Source: a virus
Lineage: Duplodnaviria; Heunggongvirae; Uroviricota; Caudoviricetes
Virus record (IMG/VR): IMGVR_UViG_2886837984_000001
Span: 64,001 to 121,308 of that record
Length of the DNA stretch: 57,308 nt
Reading direction: 5' to 3' (one strand)
Positions 9,239 through 19,100 of the stretch are shown here, one piece after another (position 1 is the stretch's first letter; each line of letters starts with the position of its first letter). Below the pieces are notes generated by a model. That model ran no database searches and was not told where the DNA came from. It was given only the letters and a program-made list of their open reading frames with translations. Position numbers and translations under genes: made by a program.

Positions 9239-9503
9239 TAGATTCTAGCACCTTCTACGAGCGATCGTAGTCGAAAACTCCGTTAAACGGGGAAACTCTC
9301 ACATGAGACAATCCCGTAGTAAAGATTCGCATATGCGATAAAAAACTCTAACGACTATCCCATTTGGGAGTACGCCATAAGCGATTGATGGCGGAAAAGC
9401 GGAGCATCTTACATAGATGATGATATAGTCTCCTCTGCATGGCGACATGTAGCAGTTCATAAGAGAACGCGTTGTTCGGTAGCGTGAATAACGGAAGACA
9501 AGG
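9239..9503 (+). mobile_element. Group I intron nrdE-I2 (265 nt, no ORF)
   Basis: TGT|tag ... acaagG|ACA. TAAACGGGGAA, AATCCCGTAG, TCTAACGACTA, GATATAGTC. Splicing restores SNLC|TEILQ. Confidence 0.92.
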
Positions 9504-10460
9504 ACAGAAATCTTACAAGTACAAGAAGAATCAGAGATCAACGGTTACGGAGAAGAAGACGTCATTCGTCGCGACATCTCGTGCAACTTGGCATCACTAA
9601 ACATCGCGAACGTCATGAAACATAAGTCTTTTGAGAAGACGGTTTCGGCAGCGATCGATGGTTTGATCGCGGTAGTCGAAGAAACGAACATCACAGAAGT
9701 TCCTTCGGTCGCCAAGGCGAACAGCGAGATGCGTTCGATCGGCCTCGGTGCGATGAACCTGCATGGCTATCTCGCTTCAAACAAGATTATGTACGAGAGC
9801 GAAGAGGCCAAAGACTTCGCAAATGCGTTCTTCATGACGGTTCGCTACTATGCGACAAAACGTGCGATGGAGATTGCTCGTGATACAGGTAAGGTGTTCA
9901 AGGACTTCGAGAAGTCAGAGTACGCAAAAGGAACGGCTCTTACGAAGTATACGGTGAATGATTACTCACCTAAACTCGACAAGATTAAAGAGTTGTTCGA
10001 TGGCGTATCCATCCCGACGCAAGAAGATTGGGCTCTGTTGATTAAAGATATTCAACAGTATGGCTTGACGGCTTCGTATCTCCTCGCTATCGCACCGACT
10101 GGAAGTATCAGTTATTTGTCGAATGCGACAGCATCGGTATCTCCGATCACTCAGAAGATGGAGATGCGAGAGTACGGAGATTCTACGACCATCTATCCGA
10201 TGCCGTATATGAACGACAGCAACTACTTCTTCTACAAAGAAGCGTATGACATGAGTATGTTTAAATATCTAGATCTCATCCGTGTCATCCAGGAACACGT
10301 CGATCAAGGTATCAGTACGACGCTCTATGTGAAATCAGATATGACGACACGAGAGCTCGCACGACTCTACGTTTACGCTCACCGTATCGGACTTAAAACA
10401 CTATACTACACACGCACAAAACTTCTTTCTGTTGAAGAATGTGTGAGTTGTGCGGTATAA
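9504..10460 (+). CDS. nrdE: Class Ib RNR alpha subunit, exon 3
   Basis: TEILQ...ISCNLASLN, IGLGAMNLHG, IAPTGSIS, DQGIS, KTLYYTR, C-terminal CVSC. Confidence 0.93.
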   Translation, partial: TEILQVQEESEINGYGEEDVIRRDISCNLASLNIANVMKHKSFEKTVSAAIDGLIAVVEETNITEVPSVAKANSEMRSIGLGAMNLHGYLASNKIMYESEEAKDFANAFFMTVRYYATKRAMEIARDTGKVFKDFEKSEYAKGTALTKYTVNDYSPKLDKIKELFDGVSIPTQEDWALLIKDIQQYGLTASYLLAIAPTGSISYLSNATASVSPITQKMEMREYGDSTTIYPMPYMNDSNYFFYKEAYDMSMFKYLDLIRVIQEHVDQGISTTLYVKSDMTTRELARLYVYAHRIGLKTLYYTRTKLLSVEECVSCAV

Positions 10461-10472
10461 GGAGGACTATTG

Positions 10473-11060
10473 ATGACACAAACGACACATAAGGCGGTCA
10501 ATTGGGACACGCCGACAAATGATTACGCTGAGATGTTCTGGCTTCAGAACACGAAACAAGTATGGTTTCCCGAAGAGATTCCGGTGTCGAAAGACGTAAA
10601 AGACTGGTCTCTCATGAATGAAGATGAGAAAGACGCTTATTCTAAGGTGTTAGCCGGACTCACAGCACTCGACACGATCCAAGGAGGGAGCGGTATGCCG
10701 CTCCTCTCTCTTATGATGGATGACCTTCAGGTGAAAGCTGTATTTACATTCCAGGCAGCTATGGAGTGCGTTCACGCAAGAAGTTATTCGACCATCTTTA
10801 CAACCCTTCTTCCGAAATCTAAGATTGACGGATATTTCAAGTGGGTTGAAGAGAACGAATTGCTTCAACGTAAGGCAGAGTTATTCGAGGGTGTATATCG
10901 CAACTTAGAGAAAGATAATCCTTTGTCTGTCTACAAGGGTCTTGTCGCTTCGGTAGCCCTGGAAACGGGAGCGTTTTACAGCGGTTTCTACTATCCACTC
11001 CTTCTTAAAGGTCAGGGTCGGATGACATCGAGCGGAGAGATTATTAAATTGATCGTGCGT
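10473..11060 (+). CDS. nrdF: Class Ib RNR beta subunit, exon 1 of 2 (spliced product about 327 aa)
   Basis: WFPEEIPVSKD, LTALDTIQ, ECVHARSYS, LETGAFYSGFY, ends IIKLIVR. Confidence 0.93.
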
Positions 11061-11308
11061 TGAATATGAAAGATGGCGCACGTAAAACCTTTTGAATTCA
11101 GGGAACATCCTAACGTAGAGACGAGGACAATCCTGAGCCAAGGTCGCATATGTGACAAGGTGCAACGACCATCTCGAAAGAGAGTACATCGTAAGCGATT
11201 GACGATGGAAGCGGAAGGCGACGAAAGTCGATGATATGGTCTGATCTGCATGGAGACATGTAGCTGCGAAAGCGCCCCTCTTAGTAGCGTGAGAGGGGGA
11301 ACATTATG
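11061..11308 (+). mobile_element. Group I intron nrdF-I1 (248 nt, no ORF)
   Basis: CGT|tga ... ttatG|GAT. IGS GCGCACG (11076-11082) pairs with CGTGCGT. GAATTCAGGGAA, AATCCTGAGC, GCAACGACCA / ATGGTC. Splicing restores IVR|DESIHG. Confidence 0.93.
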
Positions 11309-11704
11309 GATGAAAGTATTCACGGGATTTTCACGGGTCTCATCGCGCAAGACATCTACAAGAAGCTTGCCTCGAACGAACAATTGGAAGCGGATGAGTT
11401 TACGGCAGACCTGTTCGCCAACCTCTATGACATCGAGAAGCTATACACCAACGAGGTTTACGATAAGATCGGACTTGCTCACGATGTCCGCAAGTTTGTT
11501 CGATACAATATGAACAAGGCGCTCCAAAACCTCGGACAGACCGACATGATGTTCGAAGAAGAAGAGGTTAACCATGTCGTCATGAACGGTCTTAGTACCG
11601 ATTCGACGACGCATGATTTCTTCTCGCAAAAAGGGAACGGCTATCAAAAAGGCAAAGTTGAAGAACTTCGAGACGAAGACTTTGACTTCGACTGGCTCAA
11701 ATAA
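11309..11704 (+). CDS. nrdF: Class Ib RNR beta subunit, exon 2
   Basis: DESIHG iron-ligand motif, FVRYNMNKALQNLG, HDFFSQKGNGY. Confidence 0.93.
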   Translation, partial: DESIHGIFTGLIAQDIYKKLASNEQLEADEFTADLFANLYDIEKLYTNEVYDKIGLAHDVRKFVRYNMNKALQNLGQTDMMFEEEEVNHVVMNGLSTDSTTHDFFSQKGNGYQKGKVEELRDEDFDFDWLK

Positions 11705-11712
11705 CACACACG

Positions 11713-11737
11713 CCCCGAAAATTCTTTCGGGGTTTTT
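11713..11737 (+). terminator. Intrinsic terminator after nrdF
   Basis: CCCCGAAA-ATTC-TTTCGGGG followed by T5. Confidence 0.85.
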
Positions 11738-11748
11738 CGTTTTAGCTA

Positions 11749-11777
11749 TTGAAATCAAAAAGTATTTTGTATATAAT
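11749..11777 (+). promoter_or_regulatory. sigmaA-type promoter for thyA
   Basis: TTGAAA-17-TATAAT, overlapped by the GAAATCAAAAAGTA motif. Confidence 0.8.
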
Positions 11778-11809
11778 CAAGTTAGAACTTAACAAAGGAG
11801 CTAATACAT

Positions 11810-12412
11810 ATGTCATTAAACCTAGCAGATATGCACTATCAAGCAACGTTAGCCGATCTTTTGGACTTCGGTGTCGCCAACTCTTACGAGGCAAGAACAA
11901 AACTTTCAGATGGTTCGACGATCAACTATCGCTCGCTGCCGTTCCCGGTACTACATAACTATCGTCTGTCACACGGAGAGTTTCCGCTCACGACGGTACG
12001 TCCGACCGCATGGAAGTCGGCCATCAAAGAGATTCTTTGGATCTTTCAAGATAAATCAACCGACGTTAATTTGCTCGAGAGCAAGTATGGTGTCAAATGG
12101 TGGAACGAGTGGAAACTTGAAGACGGTACAATCGGGAAGTCTTATGGGTATCAGATTGCCAATCAGAAACGTCGTGTGAAGCACGAAGATCTGTCGTCTA
12201 CATATCAAAATGAAGTAACCAAACTTGTTGGTTACGCTTATCTCGATCAGATGGACTGGCTCATCAACAAGATTGAGACGAAACCCGACCGACGTATGAT
12301 CATGTCGATGTTTAGTCCTGAAGAAGAGGGCGAGAAATCGTTACAGGAGTGCGCTTACGAGACGATCTGGCGTGTGGTGGGAGACGAACTGCATATGACA
12401 TTGGTACAGCGT
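11810..12412 (+). CDS. thyA: Thymidylate synthase, exon 1 of 2 (spliced product about 301 aa)
   Basis: FPLTTVRPTAWKSAIKEILW, IGKSYGYQ, PDRRMI, LQEC, ends HMTLVQR. Confidence 0.92.
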
Positions 12413-13906
12413 TAATCTGTGAGCGCCTTTACGTGGTGACACGTATAGCAAACCTGTCTAAACGGTGAAACTCTCGACTGATCCTCGAGACAATACCGTA
12501 CTAAATAAACCCTTGAGAAAACAAACTAAATGAAAAAATATTCTTTATATGTTATCATGAACAAGAAGGCAAAGAAGTATTACGTTGGAATTTCGTCTAA
12601 TCCAGAAAAAAGAAAAATCACCCATTTTTCTTCTCTCTCTCGAAACTCTCATCACAATCTCTATCTTCAAAGATCCTACAATAAAAATGGCGCAGACGCT
12701 TTTGAGTTCATCGTTTTATTTGACGAACTAAGCAAAGAGAAGGCGTCGGAAATTGAGGTTTACACAATCAAAACCTTTAAGAAGTTTCTCTACAACATAT
12801 CGAGAGTATCTTCTGGAGGAGATATTGTATCTTACCACCCCAACAACGCTGAAATCAGAAAGAAAATATCCAAAGCTTCCAGAGATCAGTGGGCAAATCG
12901 AGACGAAGAGTTTAAAAGGAGGATGTCTGAGCGCATGAAAGGTTCGAATAACCATATGTACGGTCAGACACACGACGAAGAAGCAAGAAGAAAAATTTCT
13001 GCCGCCCACACAGGAAGAAGACTAACAAAAGAGCACAAAGAAAAAATGGTTAAAACTAGACGAGAACGATATACGCAAGAGGATTTAAGTAGAATTGCTT
13101 CTGCTGCTTTAAAAAAACGATATTCCAAGCAAGAAGAGCGTGATCGAACAGCAGAAAGTTCGCGCAGAAATTGGCAGAATCCAGAGTATCGTTCGAAGAT
13201 GGAAATCAAGCTTAAAGAGATATCCGAGAATCGAATCGTAAAAGTGGTTTATAAAGGAGAAGAGTACGAAGGTAACAACTATCAAAGAATAGCCGACAAG
13301 ATCGGACTTTGTGTTCCTACTCTCTACAAGCGTTTAGATTCTAAAGACGAAGAGTGGTCGGATTGTTGGAGGGTGACACACGAAAAAAGAACCAACAACT
13401 TCGACTACTCTAAGAGAAAGAAAGCTCCTCCGAAAAGCCAAGCTTCAAAAGATAAAGTCGGTAGAGCGTCATCTATGGATCACGTCATCTACTTTCCAGA
13501 TGGTAAAGAAAAAAAGTTTTATAGTGGAAAAATGCTTTCTGAATATCTCAGAGACTTTCATTCTGTTGGTGGTGGTACGGTGAGCAGTCTAGTTAAGACT
13601 GGTGAACCGTGGAAGCCTAAGAAATACATACACAAACACCTAGAAGGAATTGTGATTAAAAATATCGGTATGATCAACCGGAAGTGAAAAGGAGGAAATT
13701 CTCAGGGGTTTTAAATGTCTAACGACTATCCCATCGGCCTTAAACGAGGCATTAGGAGTAGGGCGCAAGCTAACGGCGTGGGTGAGAATCCCTTAAATCG
13801 AAACGGCAGGGGTCTGATAAATCAGATCGTGATATAGTCTAATCTCATATGCGAATATGAGCTGCGCAAGCGGGATTGTTGTTGCGAAACAATCCGAATA
13901 CCAATG
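12413..13906 (+). mobile_element. Group I intron thyA-I1 (1494 nt) with endonuclease ORF looped out of P6
   Basis: CGT|taa ... ccaatG|TCA. CTAAACGGTGAA, AATACCGTAC, TCTAACGACTA, GATATAGTC. AAACCCTTGAGAA (12507-12519) pairs with TTCTCAGGGGTTT (13699-13711) around the ORF. Splicing restores QR|SSD. Confidence 0.93.
12530..13687 (+). CDS. Intron-encoded GIY-YIG homing endonuclease with NUMOD3-like repeats
   Basis: SLYVI...KYYVGISSNPEKRK..H..HHN..LQRSYNKNG..F.F, then GSNNHMYGQTHDEEARRKISAAHTG. Confidence 0.9.
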   Translation: MKKYSLYVIMNKKAKKYYVGISSNPEKRKITHFSSLSRNSHHNLYLQRSYNKNGADAFEFIVLFDELSKEKASEIEVYTIKTFKKFLYNISRVSSGGDIVSYHPNNAEIRKKISKASRDQWANRDEEFKRRMSERMKGSNNHMYGQTHDEEARRKISAAHTGRRLTKEHKEKMVKTRRERYTQEDLSRIASAALKKRYSKQEERDRTAESSRRNWQNPEYRSKMEIKLKEISENRIVKVVYKGEEYEGNNYQRIADKIGLCVPTLYKRLDSKDEEWSDCWRVTHEKRTNNFDYSKRKKAPPKSQASKDKVGRASSMDHVIYFPDGKEKKFYSGKMLSEYLRDFHSVGGGTVSSLVKTGEPWKPKKYIHKHLEGIVIKNIGMINRK

Positions 13907-14209
13907 TCATCAGATTACCTATTAGCATCACAAATCAACGCGCTCCAATATTCTGCATTACTTATGATGGTCGCTCAGGTGACAGGATATAAACCAGGGA
14001 CGTTCTCGCATTTCATCTCGGACGCCCATCTCTATGACAACCAGGTCGAACAAGCGAAAGAGATTTTGAAACGCTCATCTATCGACTGTAAACCACGCCT
14101 TCACCTGAACGCCTACGGCAAAAATTTCTACGACATCACGTTGGACGACTTCGAGATCGAGGACTACATCACACATCCTCAGATCAAGTTCGGAGAGATC
14201 GCCCAATGA
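13907..14209 (+). CDS. thyA: Thymidylate synthase, exon 2
   Basis: SSDYLLA..IN..QYSAL..MVAQVTG, DAHLYDNQ, FYDITLDDF. Confidence 0.92.
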   Translation, partial: SSDYLLASQINALQYSALLMMVAQVTGYKPGTFSHFISDAHLYDNQVEQAKEILKRSSIDCKPRLHLNAYGKNFYDITLDDFEIEDYITHPQIKFGEIAQ

Positions 14210-14266
14210 ATGTAAACGTATACCGAAATATAAAAGTAAAGTATGAGAAAAGAGGTTTTCTGCATT

Positions 14267-14845
14267 ATGTTGCAACTATCATTGATCGCTTGCGTCGATA
14301 AGAAGCTCGGTATCGGCAAAGGGAACGACCTAATCTATACATACAAGGAAGACATGGAGCACTTCATCAAGACGACGAGAGGCCATATCGTCATCATGGG
14401 GTCGGAGACATACCTGTCGCTGAAGCGTCCGCTCAAAGATCGCCTGAACATCGTCCTCACCTCGGGCAACAATAAAGAGGTGAACGAGCGACGGAAAATA
14501 GACGGGAAATACTTGACCGACAAAACTGATATTTTATTCGTCAACTCTGTCGAGGAAGTGCTTCGATTCATCGCAAAACCGCGCCAAAAAGACCGTAAGG
14601 CTTTCGTTATCGGAGGCGAGTCCATCTATACACAGTTCCTATTGTTCGCAAGCGAGCTGATCCTTACGGAAGTGGACGACGTCCGACCTGCGGATAAATA
14701 TTTCCCTGAATTCAATTGGCTTAAATTTGAGGTCGTCGAAGAGCGGTCATTAATCGAGAATGTAACCATCAAAATCTACGAAAGAAAGGTCGATCGACAT
14801 GTTGAAACAACTATTGAAGAACTATCCGCAAGTGGCGTCACTTAA
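14267..14845 (+). CDS. folA: Dihydrofolate reductase
   Basis: IACVD..LGIGKGNDL, EDMEHF, VIMGSETY.SL.RPLKDRLNIVLT, VIGGESIY. Confidence 0.92.
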   Translation: MLQLSLIACVDKKLGIGKGNDLIYTYKEDMEHFIKTTRGHIVIMGSETYLSLKRPLKDRLNIVLTSGNNKEVNERRKIDGKYLTDKTDILFVNSVEEVLRFIAKPRQKDRKAFVIGGESIYTQFLLFASELILTEVDDVRPADKYFPEFNWLKFEVVEERSLIENVTIKIYERKVDRHVETTIEELSASGVT

Positions 14846-15485
14846 GCAGCGCAAACACAAGACGCATAGCGAGTTACCAGAAGCAATGAAATTAAAGGTG
14901 TTGAAATCGTGGTCTAAAGGCGGTGGACGTGTGTTGTTCTGCCGTCTGAACGCCATCACGGAGGATGAGTATAAACTTATCGTCAAGGACGTCGTCTCTG
15001 AGGCGAAACACACGGGGCGGCGGATTCAGATCTCCCCGAAAATCACCTTGTCAGAAGGGATTCTCTATCTGTTCGGTCATATCTCGGAGCGGTACAACCC
15101 TCACGGAGCGATCGATAGCCTCGGTCTGACACGCAGTATGCTTCGCTATTACAAGGCAGGGTTCGAAGACTTGTCGGGCGAGCGGGTCGAGATCCGTCTG
15201 AAGACGAAAGAGCGACAGTATTTCCGAATGATCGATACGGAATACGTCTACATTTCACCGTCGACGGGGAAACCGATGAACGTCCTTGACTCCTCTACCT
15301 TCTACTCGGACGAGATCAAGTCGACGAAGATGAAGTCGGGAAATATCGAAGCCGTACTGTTCTGCAAAGACTCGTTGCGCGAATTCATGTTATACAAGGG
15401 TGACAAGAACACACCCAAGGGTACATATGAGTTTCGGTTCGAGTTTTTGACCGACACGGAACAGCGCCAGGAGATCGCGTCATGA
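14799..15485 (+). CDS. Hypothetical protein, paralogue of the next gene
   Basis: 228-aa ORF with visible similarity to 15482-16138. Confidence 0.75.
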   Translation: MLKQLLKNYPQVASLKQRKHKTHSELPEAMKLKVLKSWSKGGGRVLFCRLNAITEDEYKLIVKDVVSEAKHTGRRIQISPKITLSEGILYLFGHISERYNPHGAIDSLGLTRSMLRYYKAGFEDLSGERVEIRLKTKERQYFRMIDTEYVYISPSTGKPMNVLDSSTFYSDEIKSTKMKSGNIEAVLFCKDSLREFMLYKGDKNTPKGTYEFRFEFLTDTEQRQEIAS

Positions 15486-16138
15486 TCAAAGAGTTGTTGA
15501 AGAATCAGGATGGCGTCAAGCGCCTTCAACAGTATCGGTACAAGTGTTTCTCGGTTCTAACATTAGAACAGAAGAAGAAGGTGTGTCGCTCGTGGATACG
15601 TGGGAGTGACGCAAAATGGATCTCGTGCTACTACGAAATCTCAGAAAAAGACGTGACGACCTGTACGAAAGAGCTTTATCAGATGGCGATGTCTCTCGGA
15701 CAAAAGAACGAACTGACACGAGACTTCGTCTGCTCGGACGGACTCGTTTATCTGATCGGTGAGATGTTGAACCATTGGAGTGTAAGAGAATTGCGTAAAG
15801 AGATCGGACTTACGACCAAGCAGCTTAGTGCGATTCGTGAACGTTATGAGCTGTTGACAGGGATTCCTTCAAAGCGAACGCCCGATAAAGACCGCAATCA
15901 TTTTAGCTTTGTGCGAGATGAGATTTCTCGGACGAGCCCTCATGACGGGTCGAAGATGAAGGTGCTGGACTGCCCGCTTCAGATGACGACGGAGCTCAAG
16001 TTCGACGGGATGGACTTCACGAAGGTCAAAGATTCGTACTACTGTATGGAATCATTGCGCGAATTCTTCGGATATGACGGAGACGACAACGGAAATCCGA
16101 AAGGGTTATACGAGATTCGCTACGAATACATCGATTGA
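15482..16138 (+). CDS. Hypothetical protein, paralogue of the previous gene
   Basis: 218-aa ORF with ATGA overlap. Confidence 0.75.
   Translation: MIKELLKNQDGVKRLQQYRYKCFSVLTLEQKKKVCRSWIRGSDAKWISCYYEISEKDVTTCTKELYQMAMSLGQKNELTRDFVCSDGLVYLIGEMLNHWSVRELRKEIGLTTKQLSAIRERYELLTGIPSKRTPDKDRNHFSFVRDEISRTSPHDGSKMKVLDCPLQMTTELKFDGMDFTKVKDSYYCMESLREFFGYDGDDNGNPKGLYEIRYEYID
15554..15569. repeat. Single consensus 16-bp palindrome inside a CDS
   Basis: GTTCTAACATTAGAAC. Confidence 0.7.
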
Positions 16139-16169
16139 TACCGAAATCAAAAAGTAAAGGTGTGAGAAA

Positions 16170-19100
16170 GTGAATAAGAACTATGTCATCTACCATTTAC
16201 ATACGGATATGAGTAACGCCAACTCGACAGGAGCGGATTCGATCACGAAGGCCGAGGAGTATATCGAGAAGGCGAAAGAGTTGGGTATGAAGGCCATCGC
16301 ATTCAGCGAACACGGAAACATCCTGGGATGGGTCAAGAAGAAACAGATGACCGAGAAGGCAGGACTGAAATATATCCATGCCAACGAGATCTATATGACC
16401 GAAACGCTCGAGGAGAAGGTTCGGGACAACTATCATATGATGTTGATCGCACGAAACCTCGAGGGCGTCAAAGAACTGAACAAGTTATCCTCTGCTGCTT
16501 ACGAGAAGGACGGTCACTACTACTATGACCCCCGTGTATCGATGGACGAGGTGATGAATACCTCTGACAACATCATCGTGACGTCTGCTTGCCTTGCGAG
16601 CTTGCTCTGGAAGGGTCGGGTACGTCTCGGACGACAAGACGCTGCAAACCGATTTATTGCGTGGATGAAAGAAAACAAACACCGCTGCTTCTTAGAGGTT
16701 CAATATCACGACATCGACGACCAAAAAGAGTTCAACGAATATTTGGTCAACCTCAGCAAAGAGACGGGTATTCGTCTGATCGCAGGGACAGACACCCACG
16801 CGCTCGACCAAGATCATTACAAGGCTAGACAGCATTTGATGAAGGCGAAGGGTGTCAGCTACGGATACGAGGATGATTTAGACCTCACGATGAAGTCGTA
16901 TGACGGACTGGTCGAGATGTTTGAGAAGCAAGACGTCCTCGAGAACGAGCTCATCTTGGAAGCAATCGAGAACACGAACGTCATGGCCGATATGGTCGAA
17001 GAGTTTGAGCTCGACTACTCGTACAAGTATCCGAAGATCAGCAAGAACTCTGAGAAGGAATTTCTAGATGCCATCAACAAAGGGATCAGAGAGCGCGGAT
17101 TACATAAACTACCAAAAGAGAAACGTAAGATGTACAAAGAACGTGTCCAAGAAGAGCTGAACGTCTACCGCGAGGTCGGGGCGATTGACTACATGTTGCT
17201 TCAGAAAAACATCTTAGACTACTCACGATCGATCGGAGCGGAGCCTGGATACGGACGTGGTTCGGTGTCGGGCAGCTTGATTGCCTACCTGATGAAGATC
17301 ACGGAGATGGATTCCGTGAAGCATAAGTTGAGCTTCCCACGGTTCATGAGTAAAGAGCGAATCAGTCTTGCGGATATCGATATTGACAACGAAGTCTCTC
17401 GACGTCAAGAGATTATTGATTATGTAGCGAGCATGGAGAACAGATTTGAGAACTTCTACTTCTCTGAAATTCTAACGTTTCAAACACTAAAGGCAAAAGG
17501 CGCGATCAAGATGGCCTTCAAGCCATTCGGTTACTCTGAGGCTGATTGCAACGACATCACGAGAGATCTAGACGAAACGAAAAAAGAGCGTTTTGAAAGT
17601 CAGTGGCGTTCGTTGGGCGAAAAATACCCCGAACCGATGTGGTTTGCCGAACGATTACGTGGCGTCATTCATGCAATAGGGTCTCACCCGTCTGGATTCG
17701 TCGTAGCACCCCTGCCTATCGATGAGAATATGGGGACAATCTATACTAAAGATTCATCACGTCGAGTTTCAGCAATCAATATGAAAGACATCGATGGACT
17801 CAACTGGATCAAGTTGGACATTCTCGGTTTGAGCTCAATTGAGCTTACAAATGAGGTTTGCCGAATGGCTGGTATCGAGCGGTTGACACCGGACAATGTT
17901 GATGATCAAGATGAGGCCGTATGGAGATCGATGTTAGAGTCCACGCTCTCATGTTTTCAATGGGAATCAGACACAGCTTTCTCATATTACAAAAAACTGT
18001 TCAATCCTAACACCGTATCCTTGCTAAAAGAAAAAATTGGCGACGATCTTACATACATGAATTTATTCTCTATTGGCAACGCCGCTATCCGTCCATCAGG
18101 AGATTCTTATCGAGACGAATTAGCAAGCGGGGTGACAGTTGATTATGGACACAAGGCACTCAACGACTTCCTTGCTCCCACCGCTTCTCGGATGATTTTC
18201 CAAGAACAAATCATTGAATTTCTCAAAGAGTTTTGCGGCTACTCGGGAGGAGACAGCGATTTGGTGCGTCGCGCCATTGGAAAAAAAAGGAAGGAAGATT
18301 TGGATATCTACATTCCTCAAATCAAAGAGCGGTTCATTGAGACGATGACGTCGAAGCACAACGTCACAAAAGAACGAGCGGAAGAGCTGATTGTCTCGTT
18401 CCTTCAGGTCATCCATGACGCCTCGAACTACGGATTCTCAATCAACCACTCGCAAGCCTATTCGTACATCGGATATATCAACGCCTACTTACGGTATTAC
18501 TATCCGCTCGAGTTCGCAGCAGTACAGCTCCAACTCCTTGCCGACGATGCCAAGCAGGGATATATGGAGAAATCGGCAGAGGTGATCCAATATGTCGCTC
18601 AACGTGGGATCAAACTGTCTCCTCCGAAATTCGGATTCGCCAAATCGAAGTATTCGGTCGACAAGGAGTCGAAGACGATCTTCAAGGACACGAAATCCAT
18701 CAAAGGTGTCGAGTCCGTCGCGGGAGACAATCTGTACGCGCTCCGAGACAACAAATATGAGTATTTTGTCGACCTTTTGATCGATATCGAAGAAAACGGC
18801 CTCTGTAACAAAACGAGTTTGGTAAATTTGATAAAACTCAACTTTTTTGACGTACACGGGCAGAATATGAAGCTTTTGGAGATTTATGACGAATTTAAGG
18901 GCGGTAAGGCGCAATATAAGAAATCGCACAAGGAGAACACTAAAAATAAGCGCCGTCAGTTACTTCGAGAATTCGAGAGTAAGGTAATCGACCGTTCGTT
19001 ACCGCTCACAGAGCAAATAGTGGCCGAATTGGAGCTCCTGGGATATGTCCAAACCCTCCCAAAGAGCACCGATAAAACCCTTCTTTTAACGGTCAATATC

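Noticed and set aside
13688-13716. Strong AAAGGAGG after the GIY-YIG stop as the start of a second intron ORF
   Set aside because: The nearest ATG is about 18 nt away and the following frame runs through the P7 core for only about 38 codons.
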